From: Candidatus Latescibacterota bacterium
Lineage (GTDB): Bacteria > Latescibacterota > UBA2968 > UBA8231
Length of the DNA stretch: 64,000 nucleotides
Reading direction: 5' to 3'
Assembly: GCA_964291625.2 (NCBI GenBank)
Contig: OZ220089.1
Location: 1,184,001-1,248,000, forward strand
Shown here: positions 17,275 through 32,501 of the stretch, piece after piece
Layout: each line of letters begins with the position of its first letter
Position numbering within the stretch: the first letter of the stretch is position 1
The notes under the pieces: model-generated
Databases searched by the model: none
Seen by the model: only the letters and a program-made list of their open reading frames with translations
What the model was told of the DNA's origin: nothing
Made by a program: the position numbers and the translations under genes

Positions 17275-18345
17275 GTGAAGACAGTCGCATTCTTCAACAG
17301 CAGAGGAGGAGTGGGCACCACTTCCCTCGTCTACCATCTGGCGTGGATGTTCGCCGAGCAGGGCCGCAGGATCATCGCGGCCGACCTGGACCCCCAGGCC
17401 AGCCTGAGCGGGATGTTCCTGACCGAAGAGGTGATGGAGAAGATGTCGGGCGATCCCGCCAGGAAGACGATCAACGACGAGATCGAGCCGCTCTTCGACG
17501 GCAGCGGAGACATCGCCTCCGAGCCCCATGTCGAAGAGATCGACGAGAAGGTCGGGCTGCTCATCGGCGACCTCGGCCTGTCCAGGCAAGAGGACGATCT
17601 ATGGAATCAATGGTCCCTCTGCCTAGACGGCGATTCACGAGCCCTCCGGGTTACCACGGCGTTCGCCCGACTCATCGACCGCGCCGGTACAGGGTTCGAG
17701 GCCGACCTCGCTCTTGTGGACGTGGGGCCCAGCCTTGGCGCCCTGAACCGGGCTTCCCTGGTGGCGTGCGACCACGTGATCATCCCGCTGGCGCCCGATC
17801 TGTTCTCCCTGCAGGGACTGCGTAACGTCGGCCTGGCCATAGCGAAGTGGCGGGAAGCCTGGTCCGAGCGGCGCGCTGATGAGGCGGAAGACTTGGAATT
17901 GGGTCTGCCACAAGGATCGATGCAGCCGGCGGGGTACATCATCATGGGGCAATCGGTCCGGCTCAATCGGCCGAGGCTATTCGGGCGCTGGACCGAAGAG
18001 ATCCCCGGCGAGTATCGGCGATCCGTCATGCAGGCGGAAGACTGCAGCTCTGACTCCGACTCAGCCGACCCCCACCTCCTCGCCCACCTGAAGGAATACC
18101 ACGCGCTGATGCCGCTCGCCGAGGAGGCGAGCAAGCCCATTTTCAAGCTGAAGCCGGCCGACGGAGCCCTCGGCGGACACCAGAGGGCGGTGCAAGAGTG
18201 CTACCGTGACCTCAGGGACTTGGCTCGGAAGATCGAGGAGCGAATCGGTCTGGGCGGGGACACCGGTGCCCCCCCGCCGTCCTTCGGGGGAATGAGCCGC
18301 CCGCCACACACAGTGACCTGCCTACGCAACACGCCATCTGTCTGA
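17275..18345 (+). CDS. ParA/Soj-family protein with degenerate Walker A
   Basis: FFNSRGGVGTTS (canonical KGGVGKT), DLDPQ, LVDVGPSLGALNR, PLAPDLFS. Confidence 0.85.
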   Translation: MKTVAFFNSRGGVGTTSLVYHLAWMFAEQGRRIIAADLDPQASLSGMFLTEEVMEKMSGDPARKTINDEIEPLFDGSGDIASEPHVEEIDEKVGLLIGDLGLSRQEDDLWNQWSLCLDGDSRALRVTTAFARLIDRAGTGFEADLALVDVGPSLGALNRASLVACDHVIIPLAPDLFSLQGLRNVGLAIAKWREAWSERRADEAEDLELGLPQGSMQPAGYIIMGQSVRLNRPRLFGRWTEEIPGEYRRSVMQAEDCSSDSDSADPHLLAHLKEYHALMPLAEEASKPIFKLKPADGALGGHQRAVQECYRDLRDLARKIEERIGLGGDTGAPPPSFGGMSRPPHTVTCLRNTPSV

Positions 18346-18370
18346 TTGACCATTCCAGGAGGAAGGCCCC

Positions 18371-20587
18371 TTGGCTCGATTGAAGACCGCCGCAACTATC
18401 CTCGAGGCCGCGGAACGGTGGAAGCAACAGTGCCTGCTAGAGGGTGGCTCGCTGTTCGGTGAGGAACCTCTCTGGACGAGGGAACTATTCGCTGAACTAC
18501 ATACTCACTTTGTAGAGCGCCCCGTTGCGGGGAGCGGGTCGTTCGAAGGGAAACTGCGCCGGCAACTCGACCCTGCACCCCCGGAGTCTCGGCGCCTATG
18601 GGCGGAAATGACCTGGCTCTACTACCTGATTGTGAAGTCGGTGACACGCCTGACGAAGCTGGACAGGATCAGGACAGTGTGGGAGTGGTCCGGCACGGCG
18701 TTGCCCGAGGGTCATTGGGCGTTGGGGCACTCTCTGGACGGAGGGATGGTCAATCCGGGCATGGCCTATCTGACCCACCAGTGGCGTGAGTTCAGCTTCA
18801 TCATCACCGTGATGTTCGACTGGGCCTCCCGTTCCGCAAAGGAGCGCCAGTCGCTGCTGAACAGTCCTTGGGACTTCGCGGAATGGGTTGACGGACAGGA
18901 GGATGCCCGCCGACGTCAATTCCGCCATGCCCTGTTGTTCCTGCTGTTCCCCGACGACTTCGAACCAATCGTGTCCTTGAACCACAAGAAGGACATCGTC
19001 ACGGCCTTCCCTGACGAAACCGGCGCCACTCCTGATGTCGACAGCATGGACCTCATAGATCTCGATCGGGCATTGATAGCGGTAAGGAGACGCCTTGAGG
19101 ACGAGCACTCTGGACAAGAACTGACTCTCTACGAGCCATTCTTGAGGAAGGTTTGGCAAGGGGATTCTCCGACCCAAGTGGATGAGATCCTCGAAGACGA
19201 GGGTGGGGACGAGACATGGTACCGGCACCGCTTCGGTGAGGCGGATGTTTGGGTTATCGGAGCTGGCGAGGGCGCTCGCTTGTGGAGAGACTTCCACGAA
19301 CATGGCATCGCGGCCATCGGGTGGGACGACCTCGGGGACCTTGGCCAATATGACTCCAGGGAGTCAATCCACATTGCGCTGATCCAGATCGATGCAGGAC
19401 AGAATCCAATCATGCAGTCGCTGGCCGCGTGGGAGTTCGTGCACGAGATGAAGATCGGGGACGTCCTCATCGTCAAGAGAGGACGCAGCGTCATCCTCGC
19501 CTGGGGGGAAGTCACCGGAGACTATGTCTACGACTCTGAGCGGCCGGAGTACCAAAACCTGAGAAGAGTCGAGTGGCATCCCTGCCGTACGCCTATCAAC
19601 CTCCAAGGCCCCCTTACCACCAAGACGCTGACTCGATTCACCCCCGACAAAAAATGGTTGCGGGGTCTCTTCGCATTGATCGATGCTGAAGGAGGGGAAG
19701 TTGGGACCAATGGCCAAGAGAGCGCACCCTACGACATCACCGCCGCACTCGCTGACCTGTTCTTGGAGGAGACACAGTTCCGCCGCATTCTCGACTCCAT
19801 CGCGCTTCGCAAGAACCTGATCCTTCAGGGGCCACCGGGCGTCGGCAAGACCTTCATCGCGCGGCGGATCGCTTGGTGCCTGATTGGACGTAAGGACTCG
19901 CGCTCCATTGAGATGGTGCAGTTCCATCAGTCTTATGCCTACGAAGATTTCGTGCAGGGCTGGCGGCCCACAGAGACGGGTGGTTTCACGCTGCGCAACG
20001 GCGTGTTCTTCGAGTTCTGCAAGCGGGCGCAGCAAGAGCCCGAAACACGCTTTGTCTTCATCATCGACGAGATCAACCGGGGCAACCTGTCGAGGATCTT
20101 TGGTGAGCTGCTGATGCTCATCGAAGCGGACAAGCGGGGTCTCGACCACGCTATCCCGCTGACCTACGGAGCGCTCGGAGAACGCTTCAGCGTCCCTGAC
20201 AACGTGCATCTTCTGGGACTCATGAATACGGCAGACCGCTCCCTGGCGATAGTCGACTATGCGCTGCGCCGTCGCTTTGCATTCGAGTCGCTCGAGCCGG
20301 GTTACGGCACCAGACAGTTCCGCGAATTCCTATTGGAAGCGGACGTCGATAGGGACCTCGTGGACCGAATCGTCCGCAACCTGTCGGAACTCAACGAGCG
20401 CATCCGTGAAGACAAGGACCTGGGGCCTGGCTTCCAGATCGGACATAGTTACTTCGTACCCGAAGAGGCAGCGGACGAGCAGTGGTACCTGGGCATCGTC
20501 GATACCCAGATCGCACCCTTACTGCGGGAGTACTGGTTCGACCGTCCCGATCAGGTGGATGGACTGGTCAAGGACCTGCGCCAATGA
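18371..20587 (+). CDS. mcrB: McrB-like AAA+ GTPase (type IV restriction)
   Basis: GPPGVGKT, VQFHQSYAYEDF, IIDEINRGN, MNTADRS (McrB NxxD), ALRRRF, IGHSYF. Confidence 0.93.
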   Translation: MARLKTAATILEAAERWKQQCLLEGGSLFGEEPLWTRELFAELHTHFVERPVAGSGSFEGKLRRQLDPAPPESRRLWAEMTWLYYLIVKSVTRLTKLDRIRTVWEWSGTALPEGHWALGHSLDGGMVNPGMAYLTHQWREFSFIITVMFDWASRSAKERQSLLNSPWDFAEWVDGQEDARRRQFRHALLFLLFPDDFEPIVSLNHKKDIVTAFPDETGATPDVDSMDLIDLDRALIAVRRRLEDEHSGQELTLYEPFLRKVWQGDSPTQVDEILEDEGGDETWYRHRFGEADVWVIGAGEGARLWRDFHEHGIAAIGWDDLGDLGQYDSRESIHIALIQIDAGQNPIMQSLAAWEFVHEMKIGDVLIVKRGRSVILAWGEVTGDYVYDSERPEYQNLRRVEWHPCRTPINLQGPLTTKTLTRFTPDKKWLRGLFALIDAEGGEVGTNGQESAPYDITAALADLFLEETQFRRILDSIALRKNLILQGPPGVGKTFIARRIAWCLIGRKDSRSIEMVQFHQSYAYEDFVQGWRPTETGGFTLRNGVFFEFCKRAQQEPETRFVFIIDEINRGNLSRIFGELLMLIEADKRGLDHAIPLTYGALGERFSVPDNVHLLGLMNTADRSLAIVDYALRRRFAFESLEPGYGTRQFREFLLEADVDRDLVDRIVRNLSELNERIREDKDLGPGFQIGHSYFVPEEAADEQWYLGIVDTQIAPLLREYWFDRPDQVDGLVKDLRQ

Positions 20588-21624
20588 CGAGCAGGAAGGT
20601 CCCCATCGCCAACATCTACTACCTCCTGTGCTACGCCTGGGACCATGTCGAGGAGCGTGATGTAGTTCGGCTGGAGGAGTTGGGAGAACTGGAGAGAGTG
20701 CAGGATCTCTTCGGCAAGGTGCTGGCCGAGGGTACCTTCCGGTTGATCCGCAGAGGCCTGGACCGGGGGTACCGAGAGGTGCGCGAGGACCTCGCAGGCA
20801 TCCGCGGGAAGATAGCCCTGGGCGAGACAGCGACACGAGCTTTGCGGGCCCGCGGACAGGTGGCTTGCGATTTCGAGGAGCTGTCCCACGACGTATTGCA
20901 CAACCGCATCCTTCGATCCACGCTCAAGTCCCTTCTGCGACTTCCGGACTTGCATCCCGACGTGCAGGCCGAAGTCCGCAACGCCTACACGAAGTTCGGC
21001 GGGGTGAGCGTGGTGCCTCTGAGCCGCCGGTTGTTCCAGCAGGTGCAGCTCGACCGCAACCGTCGGTACTACCGATTCCTGTTGTCCGTGTGCTGGCTGA
21101 TCCATGAGCAATTGCTGGTCGACGAACGGTCAGGAGAGGCACGGTTCACCGAGTTCAGCGAAGAGCGGATGGAGAGACTGTACGAGGACTTCATCATCGA
21201 GTTCTATCGCCGCGAGCAGGACCGATATCGGGTGAACCATCGCGGGCGCGTGATCGCCTGGCAGGACGAGGGCACCGCCGACCACCAGCGCTCCAAGCTG
21301 CCACAGATGGTAGCGGACGTCATCCTCGAAGCACCTGATCGGCGGATCATCCTGGATGCCAAGTACTACCGGGCGGCCTTGGGCGGCCGGTACGGCGGGA
21401 AACTGCACTCGCCCAATCTCTACCAACTCCTCGCCTACCTGAGGAATCGCGAAGCCACCGTAGCCTCAGGTCCGAAACACGAAGGGATCCTCCTCTATCC
21501 GACTGTTGACGAGCCGGTGGCCGTCGACATCCGCCTGGAAGGCTTCTCGATCCGAGCCTGTAGTATCGACCTCGCCGAGGACTGGCAGAACATCCACGAT
21601 AGCATGTTGGCCATGATCAGGTAG
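20584..21624 (+). CDS. mcrC: McrC-like PD-(D/E)xK nuclease subunit
   Basis: IANIYYLLCYAW, ADVIL...ILDAKYY, NLYQLLAY, GILLYP; ATGA overlap with mcrB. Confidence 0.93.
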   Translation: MTSRKVPIANIYYLLCYAWDHVEERDVVRLEELGELERVQDLFGKVLAEGTFRLIRRGLDRGYREVREDLAGIRGKIALGETATRALRARGQVACDFEELSHDVLHNRILRSTLKSLLRLPDLHPDVQAEVRNAYTKFGGVSVVPLSRRLFQQVQLDRNRRYYRFLLSVCWLIHEQLLVDERSGEARFTEFSEERMERLYEDFIIEFYRREQDRYRVNHRGRVIAWQDEGTADHQRSKLPQMVADVILEAPDRRIILDAKYYRAALGGRYGGKLHSPNLYQLLAYLRNREATVASGPKHEGILLYPTVDEPVAVDIRLEGFSIRACSIDLAEDWQNIHDSMLAMIR

Positions 21625-21644
21625 TCGATTCGGAGTCCTTTTCG

Positions 21645-23487
<1,843 letters not shown>

Positions 23488-23495
<8 letters not shown>

Positions 23496-24684
23496 GGCGT
23501 ACTGGAGAAGCGTCCGGCTTGCTGAAGTTGCGAACCAGCGAACCGAGAAAATCACCCCGTTCGCCGAGGATGAGCGTCCATACATTGCGCTTGAACACCT
23601 TGCGCAAGGACGTCCAGCAGTACTTGGATGGTCACGCGCTGGTACTGCCGCAAGCGCAAAGACAACCTTTCGCCAAGGCGACGTGCTTTTCGGAAAGCTA
23701 CGGCCGAACCTTCGGAAAGCAGCTCCCGCACCATTCGATGGGTTGTGTTCTACCGACATCCTTCCGCTCTTCGGTGAAGACGGCCTTGAAACCAGATATC
23801 TGGCCCAACTTGCACAATGGCACCCCTTGCAGCGGCATGCAGTTGCGACTTCATCTGGCACAAAGATGCCAAGAACATCCTGGAAGCAACTTGGGGAGTT
23901 CAGATTCTCCCTGCCGCCACTGCCCGAGCAGCGCAAGATTGCCGCGATCCTCTCCTCGGTGGACGAGGCCATCGCGAAGACCCGGGCGGTCATGGACCAA
24001 GTGCAGGTCGTCAAGCGCGGCCTGATGCAGGAGCTGCTCACCCGGAAGGAGAGGAACGGAATCGGTAGTCCAACCGAGTGGGCTGAGCAGAGTCTTGGCG
24101 ACCTCTTCACACTGCAGCTTGGAAAGATGTTGAACAAGAAAGCGAGAGAGACACTCCCGAAGTTTCCGTACCTTGGCAACAGAGATGTACAATGGGGACG
24201 CTTCGATGTCTCGGCACTGCGTGAGATGCACTTCACTGAGAGAGAGCGCGAAAAGTTTCGACTACTTCCTGATGATCTGCTTGTGTGTGAGGGGGGCGAG
24301 ATTGGCCGTACGGCACTCTGGAAGGGTGGGTTTGAGTGCTACTACCAAAAGGCAATTCACCGTCTGCGAGTACGAGACCAAGAGAAAATCGCACCCCGCT
24401 TCATTCTACACTTTATGCGGTTCGCCGCTGAGACGGGGTTGTTCACCGACTTGACGTCGCAATCCAGCATTGCTCACCTTACTAGGGAGAAGCTCGCACT
24501 TCTCAGAGTGCCTCTACCGTCACTTTCCGAGCAGCGAAGAATCGCAGCGATCCTGTCCTCGGTTGATGAATACACGACACAGATCGAGGCGCTGGTCCGT
24601 CAGGCACAGGCATTGAAGCATGGTCTGATGTCAGTTCTACTCACCGGCAAACTTCGAGTCACGCCAGCCCTTGAGCCCGAGTGA
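23488..24684 (+). CDS. hsdS: Type I RM specificity subunit (two TRDs)
   Basis: Two conserved P..EQR.IAAILSSVDE...K.GLM..LLT segments separating two lower-GC TRDs. Confidence 0.93.
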
Positions 24685-24718
24685 GCCCGGACTTGACAGG
24701 GGAGAGCGAGGCAGGAAC

Positions 24719-27421
24719 ATGACCATAGAGGACGCCGCTGGCATGACGGCTCAGCCCCCCGGTGGGGCGCGTTTCTATCGGTGCGCACTGCAGGTGAATC
24801 CGCACCACTATGCCCAGACCTATCGGGGGCAGGCTACCCAAGGAGACGCGCTCTGCCATGCCCAGGGGATCGTTGACAAGGCCGTGCAGGTGGGTATCGA
24901 GGTGCTGGCCATTGCGGATCACAACAGCGTCGACGGCGTCGCGGCTTTTCGAGCCGCGTCGCGCAACCGTCCGATCCACATGTTCCCCGGGTTCGAGTTG
25001 TCCTCTTCCGAGGGCGTGCATCTATTGTGCCTGTACCCGCCGGATACAGACGGCGACCAACTCGGCCGGTACCTTGGAGAATTCGGCGTCCGCGAAACGA
25101 CCCCGTCCAGTGAGCCCGCCGCCAGGGCATTTGCGGAGATTCTGGCGGCCGTTGACAGCCAGGGCGGGGTTGCCATAGCGGCGCATGTCACCAACGATAG
25201 CGGGCTCTTCAAGGTCCTGTCGGGTCAGCCGAGGATCCGCGCATGGCGGGATGAGAACCTTCTCGCCGTCCAGATCCCCGGCGTCACCGACGACTTGCCG
25301 CCGAACATTCGCGAAATCCTTGAGAACCGGAACCCCGACTACCGCCGTAGTCAAACACCCGAAGACGGCGTTGCAGTCGCTGTCGTCAACGCAAAGGACA
25401 TCGTGGAGCCCGGCGACCTCGAGGCGCCCTCGGCGACCTGCTGGATCAAGATGCAGGAGGTTTCCATAGACGGGCTGCGCCAAGCCTTCCTGGACCCGGG
25501 CTCGCGCATTCGCCTGAATACCAAGGAAGGCGAGTTTGTGCCCGACGAGCACATGGAGATCGTCACGGTCGGGTGGGAAGGCGGTTTCCTCGACGGGGTG
25601 ACCGTGCGCCTCAATCCCAATCTCAATGTTCTCGTCGGGGGCCGCGGCGCCGGCAAGTCGACCGTTGTCGAGAGTATCCGCAGCGCGCTCGGACTTGAGC
25701 CGATCGGCGACGAGGCGCGCAAGGCGCATGATGGGATCGTGCGCCACGTGCTGCGCAACGGAACCAAGATCTCCCTGCTCGTCCGCGTGCGCCGCCCCGG
25801 GCTTCACGAGTATCGCATCGAGCGGACCATTCCCAATCCTCCGCTGGCCCGCGGCGAGAACGGCGAGGTATTGCATCTCGCGCCAACGGAGATTCTCCCG
25901 AGAATCGAAGCCTACGGCCAACACGAGATCTCGGAGCTTGCGAGAAGTCCCGACAAACTCACCCGGTTGCTCGAACGCTTCGTCGCACGCGATGAGTCCC
26001 TCTCTGGCCGCAAGGCGTCGCTGAGCCGGGACTTGGCCCGGAACCGCAGTGCCTTGTGCGAAGCGCGAGCCGAGATCGCGTCGGTTGAAGAGCGTCTGGC
26101 CGCCCTTCCCGGATTGGAGCAGACGCTCGAGCGATTCCAGGAAGTAGGCCTCGAGGAACGCCTGCGCGAGCAGAGCCTGCTCGTCCGCGAGGAACGGGTG
26201 CTCGATTCGGTTCCCGAGCGGCTGGCGCCATTTCGCGAGGCTCTGGAGATGCTGCGAAGAGAGCTGCCGATCGACCTTGCCTTCCTGTCGGAACGGGCCC
26301 TCGAGGACTTGCCTGGGCGCGACATCCTCTCCCAGGCGACTGGAACCCTCTCTGAATTGGAGCGGGCCACCCGGGGCATTGCGGAGAGTCTGGACCAGGC
26401 GTTGACGCGGGCAGATCACGACGTCGACCGGTTGCGGACCTCCTGGGACGTACGACGGCAACAGGTTCAGGCCGAGTACGAGAAGATTCTGCGTGAACTG
26501 CAGAAGTCACGCGTGGACGGGGAGGAGTTCATCCGCCTTCGCCGCCAGATCGAGGAATTGCGCCCACTTCAGGAGCGCCTTGTGCTCGTGCGCCGGCTGG
26601 AGAACGAGCATGCCGATCGGCGTCGTACGCTGCTGGCCGAATGGGAAGACGTCAAGGCCGCCGAGTTCCGCAACCTGGATGAGGCGGCAAGGAAGGTGAG
26701 CCAGGAGCTTCGCGGTCGCGTACAGGTGGAGGTGACGGGCGCCGGAGATCGGGAGCCGCTCTTCAAGCTGCTGCGGGACGAGATCGGCGGGCGCATGTCG
26801 GAGTGCATCGATAGTCTGCGAACCGCCTCCGAACTGTCCCTGACGCAATTCGTCGAAACGTGCCGCACGGGCGCCGAGGCGCTTCGCGGGACGTACGGCA
26901 TCCCCCCCGGTCAGGCGGAACGGCTCGCGGGTGCCGAGGCCGAGGTGCTCATGCGGATCGAAGAACTGGAGCTCGCCCCCACGACGGCGATCCGCCTCAA
27001 CACCGCATCAGCGGGGGAACCTCCGGCTTGGCAACTTCTGGAAGAGCTCTCGACGGGACAGAAGGCGACGGCGGTACTCCTGCTTCTGCTCCTCGAATCA
27101 GGCGCCCCCCTGATCGTGGACCAGCCCGAGGACGACCTCGACAACCGCTTCATCACCGAAGGCATCGTGCCGCGGATGCGCGAGGAGAAGCAGCGCAGGC
27201 AGTTCATCTTCTCGACCCACAACGCGAACATTCCCGTGCTCGGTGACGCTGAGCTGATCGTCGGACTGTCAGCCGCCGGGGAGGCGGACCACGGGCAAGC
27301 GCGCGTCGCGCCCGAGCACACCGGCTCGATCGATTCCCCTTCGGTGCGCGAACTCGTTGAAGAGATTCTCGAAGGAGGCCGCGAGGCGTTCGAGAGGCGT
27401 CGGCGGAAGTACGGGTTCTGA
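24719..27421 (+). CDS. PHP-domain + coiled-coil ABC/SMC-like ATPase (Ppl-like)
   Basis: N-terminal IADHN, PGFEL..EGVHLL, AAHV; Walker A GGRGAGKST; long coiled coil; LSTGQK, LIVDQPEDDLD, STHNAN. Confidence 0.85.
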   Translation: MTIEDAAGMTAQPPGGARFYRCALQVNPHHYAQTYRGQATQGDALCHAQGIVDKAVQVGIEVLAIADHNSVDGVAAFRAASRNRPIHMFPGFELSSSEGVHLLCLYPPDTDGDQLGRYLGEFGVRETTPSSEPAARAFAEILAAVDSQGGVAIAAHVTNDSGLFKVLSGQPRIRAWRDENLLAVQIPGVTDDLPPNIREILENRNPDYRRSQTPEDGVAVAVVNAKDIVEPGDLEAPSATCWIKMQEVSIDGLRQAFLDPGSRIRLNTKEGEFVPDEHMEIVTVGWEGGFLDGVTVRLNPNLNVLVGGRGAGKSTVVESIRSALGLEPIGDEARKAHDGIVRHVLRNGTKISLLVRVRRPGLHEYRIERTIPNPPLARGENGEVLHLAPTEILPRIEAYGQHEISELARSPDKLTRLLERFVARDESLSGRKASLSRDLARNRSALCEARAEIASVEERLAALPGLEQTLERFQEVGLEERLREQSLLVREERVLDSVPERLAPFREALEMLRRELPIDLAFLSERALEDLPGRDILSQATGTLSELERATRGIAESLDQALTRADHDVDRLRTSWDVRRQQVQAEYEKILRELQKSRVDGEEFIRLRRQIEELRPLQERLVLVRRLENEHADRRRTLLAEWEDVKAAEFRNLDEAARKVSQELRGRVQVEVTGAGDREPLFKLLRDEIGGRMSECIDSLRTASELSLTQFVETCRTGAEALRGTYGIPPGQAERLAGAEAEVLMRIEELELAPTTAIRLNTASAGEPPAWQLLEELSTGQKATAVLLLLLLESGAPLIVDQPEDDLDNRFITEGIVPRMREEKQRRQFIFSTHNANIPVLGDAELIVGLSAAGEADHGQARVAPEHTGSIDSPSVRELVEEILEGGREAFERRRRKYGF

Positions 27422-27424
27422 GTG

Positions 27425-28660
27425 ATGAACCGAACGGAACTGCTCGAACTTATCGCCAACCGGGAGAACTCGCGCGTCGAGTTCAAGCGAGACGATGTCC
27501 ATCCCGATTCCCTGGCGAGGGAGATGTCCGCCCTGCTGAACCTGGAGGGCGGCGCCATTCTGCTCGGCGTGGAGAAGGATGGGCGGATTACCGGACTGAC
27601 CCGGAGCCGCGAGGAGGCCGAGGAGTGGGTGATGAACATCGCCCAGAACAACCTTCAACCTGCGGTCCTTCCCGTATGGAGCACCGTCGCCATGCCGGAC
27701 GGAGCCGAGGTAGGAGCGGTGGAACTCCCCGCAGACAGTTCTGGCAAGCCGCACAAGGCAAGGCGGGGAGGAGCGTGGGTTACGGTCACTCGCGTCGGAA
27801 GCACTTCACGCGAGGCCACAAGGGAGGAAGAAGCCAGGCTCTACCAGGCGGCCCAGCTGGTCCGATACGAGATCAAGGCGGTGCCGGACACGGGGCTCGA
27901 AGCTCTCGACATGGATCGAGTCGAGAACTATTTCCGCGATGTCCTGAAGCGCTCTGTCCCGGCTCGGTCCGACTCCGATCACTGGCGGCGGCTCCTGCTC
28001 AACTCCGACCTGCTTGTAGCGGTCGGAGGGGATGTTGGCGCATCGGTGTCCGGACTCCTGCTGTTCGGCGAACACCCGAAGCGCCGTTTACCCCAGGCGG
28101 GCGTGACCGCGGTGGCGTTTCCCGGCTCCGAGAAGGAGTACAACACGGTCGATGAAGAGCGAGTTCGGGGCCCATTGACGTCTCGCGTCTCGAGGCGCGG
28201 CGCCGCGGTGGAGGCGGGAGTGATCCACCGCACGGTGGACTTCGTGAAGCGCAACATGGGAAGCGTTGCCTGGCTTGAAGGAGGCCGGCGGCGCCGCAAG
28301 CGGGCTTTCCCGCTCGAGGCGGTTCGAGAGGCGATAGTGAACGCGGTCGCCCATCGCGACTACGCTCGTGAAGGCACCGACATCGAGGTGTCCCTTTATG
28401 ACGACCGGCTGGAGGTCATTTCGCCGGGTCGGCTTCCGAACGGCGTCACCGTGGAGAAGATGAGGGAGGGCGTTGTCCGCGCGGCCCGCAACGAGTTGCT
28501 CAAGGAAATACTCCGCGACTACGGCTACATCGAGCACTACGGAATGGGAGTCCGCAACCGGATCATCGAGTCCATGCGGCGACACAACGGGACGGAGCCG
28601 GACCTGATCGAGGAAGACGACCGCTTCATCGTCCGGCTATGGAAGAAGCCGCCGAGCTAA
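27425..28660 (+). CDS. Schlafen/AlbA_2 domain + HATPase_c_4 (RecG C-terminal-like) protein
   Basis: ENSRVEFK, SALLNLEGGAILLGV, REAIVNAVAHRDY, ISPGRLP, RNELL, YGMGV. Confidence 0.88.
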   Translation: MNRTELLELIANRENSRVEFKRDDVHPDSLAREMSALLNLEGGAILLGVEKDGRITGLTRSREEAEEWVMNIAQNNLQPAVLPVWSTVAMPDGAEVGAVELPADSSGKPHKARRGGAWVTVTRVGSTSREATREEEARLYQAAQLVRYEIKAVPDTGLEALDMDRVENYFRDVLKRSVPARSDSDHWRRLLLNSDLLVAVGGDVGASVSGLLLFGEHPKRRLPQAGVTAVAFPGSEKEYNTVDEERVRGPLTSRVSRRGAAVEAGVIHRTVDFVKRNMGSVAWLEGGRRRRKRAFPLEAVREAIVNAVAHRDYAREGTDIEVSLYDDRLEVISPGRLPNGVTVEKMREGVVRAARNELLKEILRDYGYIEHYGMGVRNRIIESMRRHNGTEPDLIEEDDRFIVRLWKKPPS

Positions 28661-28708
28661 GAGAATCGCCCGGTCTGGACGATTGAGTACACCGAGACTG
28701 CCACCCCC

Positions 28709-31722
<3,014 letters not shown>

Positions 31723-31726
<4 letters not shown>

Positions 31727-32453
31727 CCGGCACTCTGGAGACCTCCGCCATCACCTGGGGGACACGCGCCTGACCTACGCCATCCGCCGCAGCGCCCGCC
31801 GGAAGAAGACGGTAGCGGTGACGGTGGATCCCGGCGGCGGGGTGCTGCTGCTGGCACCGGAGGACTTCCCCACCAGCCGGCTGGACGAGGTTGCGCGGCG
31901 GAAGGCAGCGTGGATTGTGCGGCGCCTGCGGGGGGTGGGGTCAAACGGGGTGCCGCCCTCGGCGCGGGAGTTCGTCAGCGGGGAGAGCGTGATGTACCTG
32001 GGCCGGCACTACCGGCTGAGGGTTCTTCCGGGGGAGACGGGAGAGGCGAAGCTGCGGGGCGGGTGGCTCAACGTGCCGGCGCCGGCCGGGGCGGGGCAGC
32101 GGGATCACGTGCGAGCGGCGCTGGTCGCGTGGATGCGGCGGCACGCCGCTGAGCGGCTGCCGGAGCGGGTGGAGATGTGGCGGACGAGGGCCGGGATGGA
32201 GATGCCCCGGGTCGTGATCTCAGACCAGAAGAGGCGGTGGGGCAGTTGCGACCGCAGTGGGACCATCCGACTGAACTGGCGGATCATCCAAGCCCGGATG
32301 CGACTGGTGGACTACGTGGTGGTTCACGAGCTGGTGCACCTGCGGCACCGGGGGCATGGGCGGGAGTACTGGCAGGCCCTCGGGCGGATCATGCCGGACT
32401 ATGAGCGCCGGCGGGAGGATCTGCGGGGGCGGGGGGGCGGGCTGGCGTGGTAG
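31723..32453 (+). pseudogene. M48/YgjP (DUF45) metallo-hydrolase, frameshifted at a G5 run near the 5' end
   Basis: ATG 31723 overlaps hsdR stop; adding one G at 31757-31761 gives MTGTLETSAITWGDTRLTYAIRRSARRKKTV...; WGSC, DYVVVHELVHL motifs; may be a sequencing error or use GTG 31818. Confidence 0.75.
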
Positions 32454-32501
32454 CGCCTATATTTGCCAGCTTTCGGGTGAAACGAATCGGGGAACAACGA
32501 C

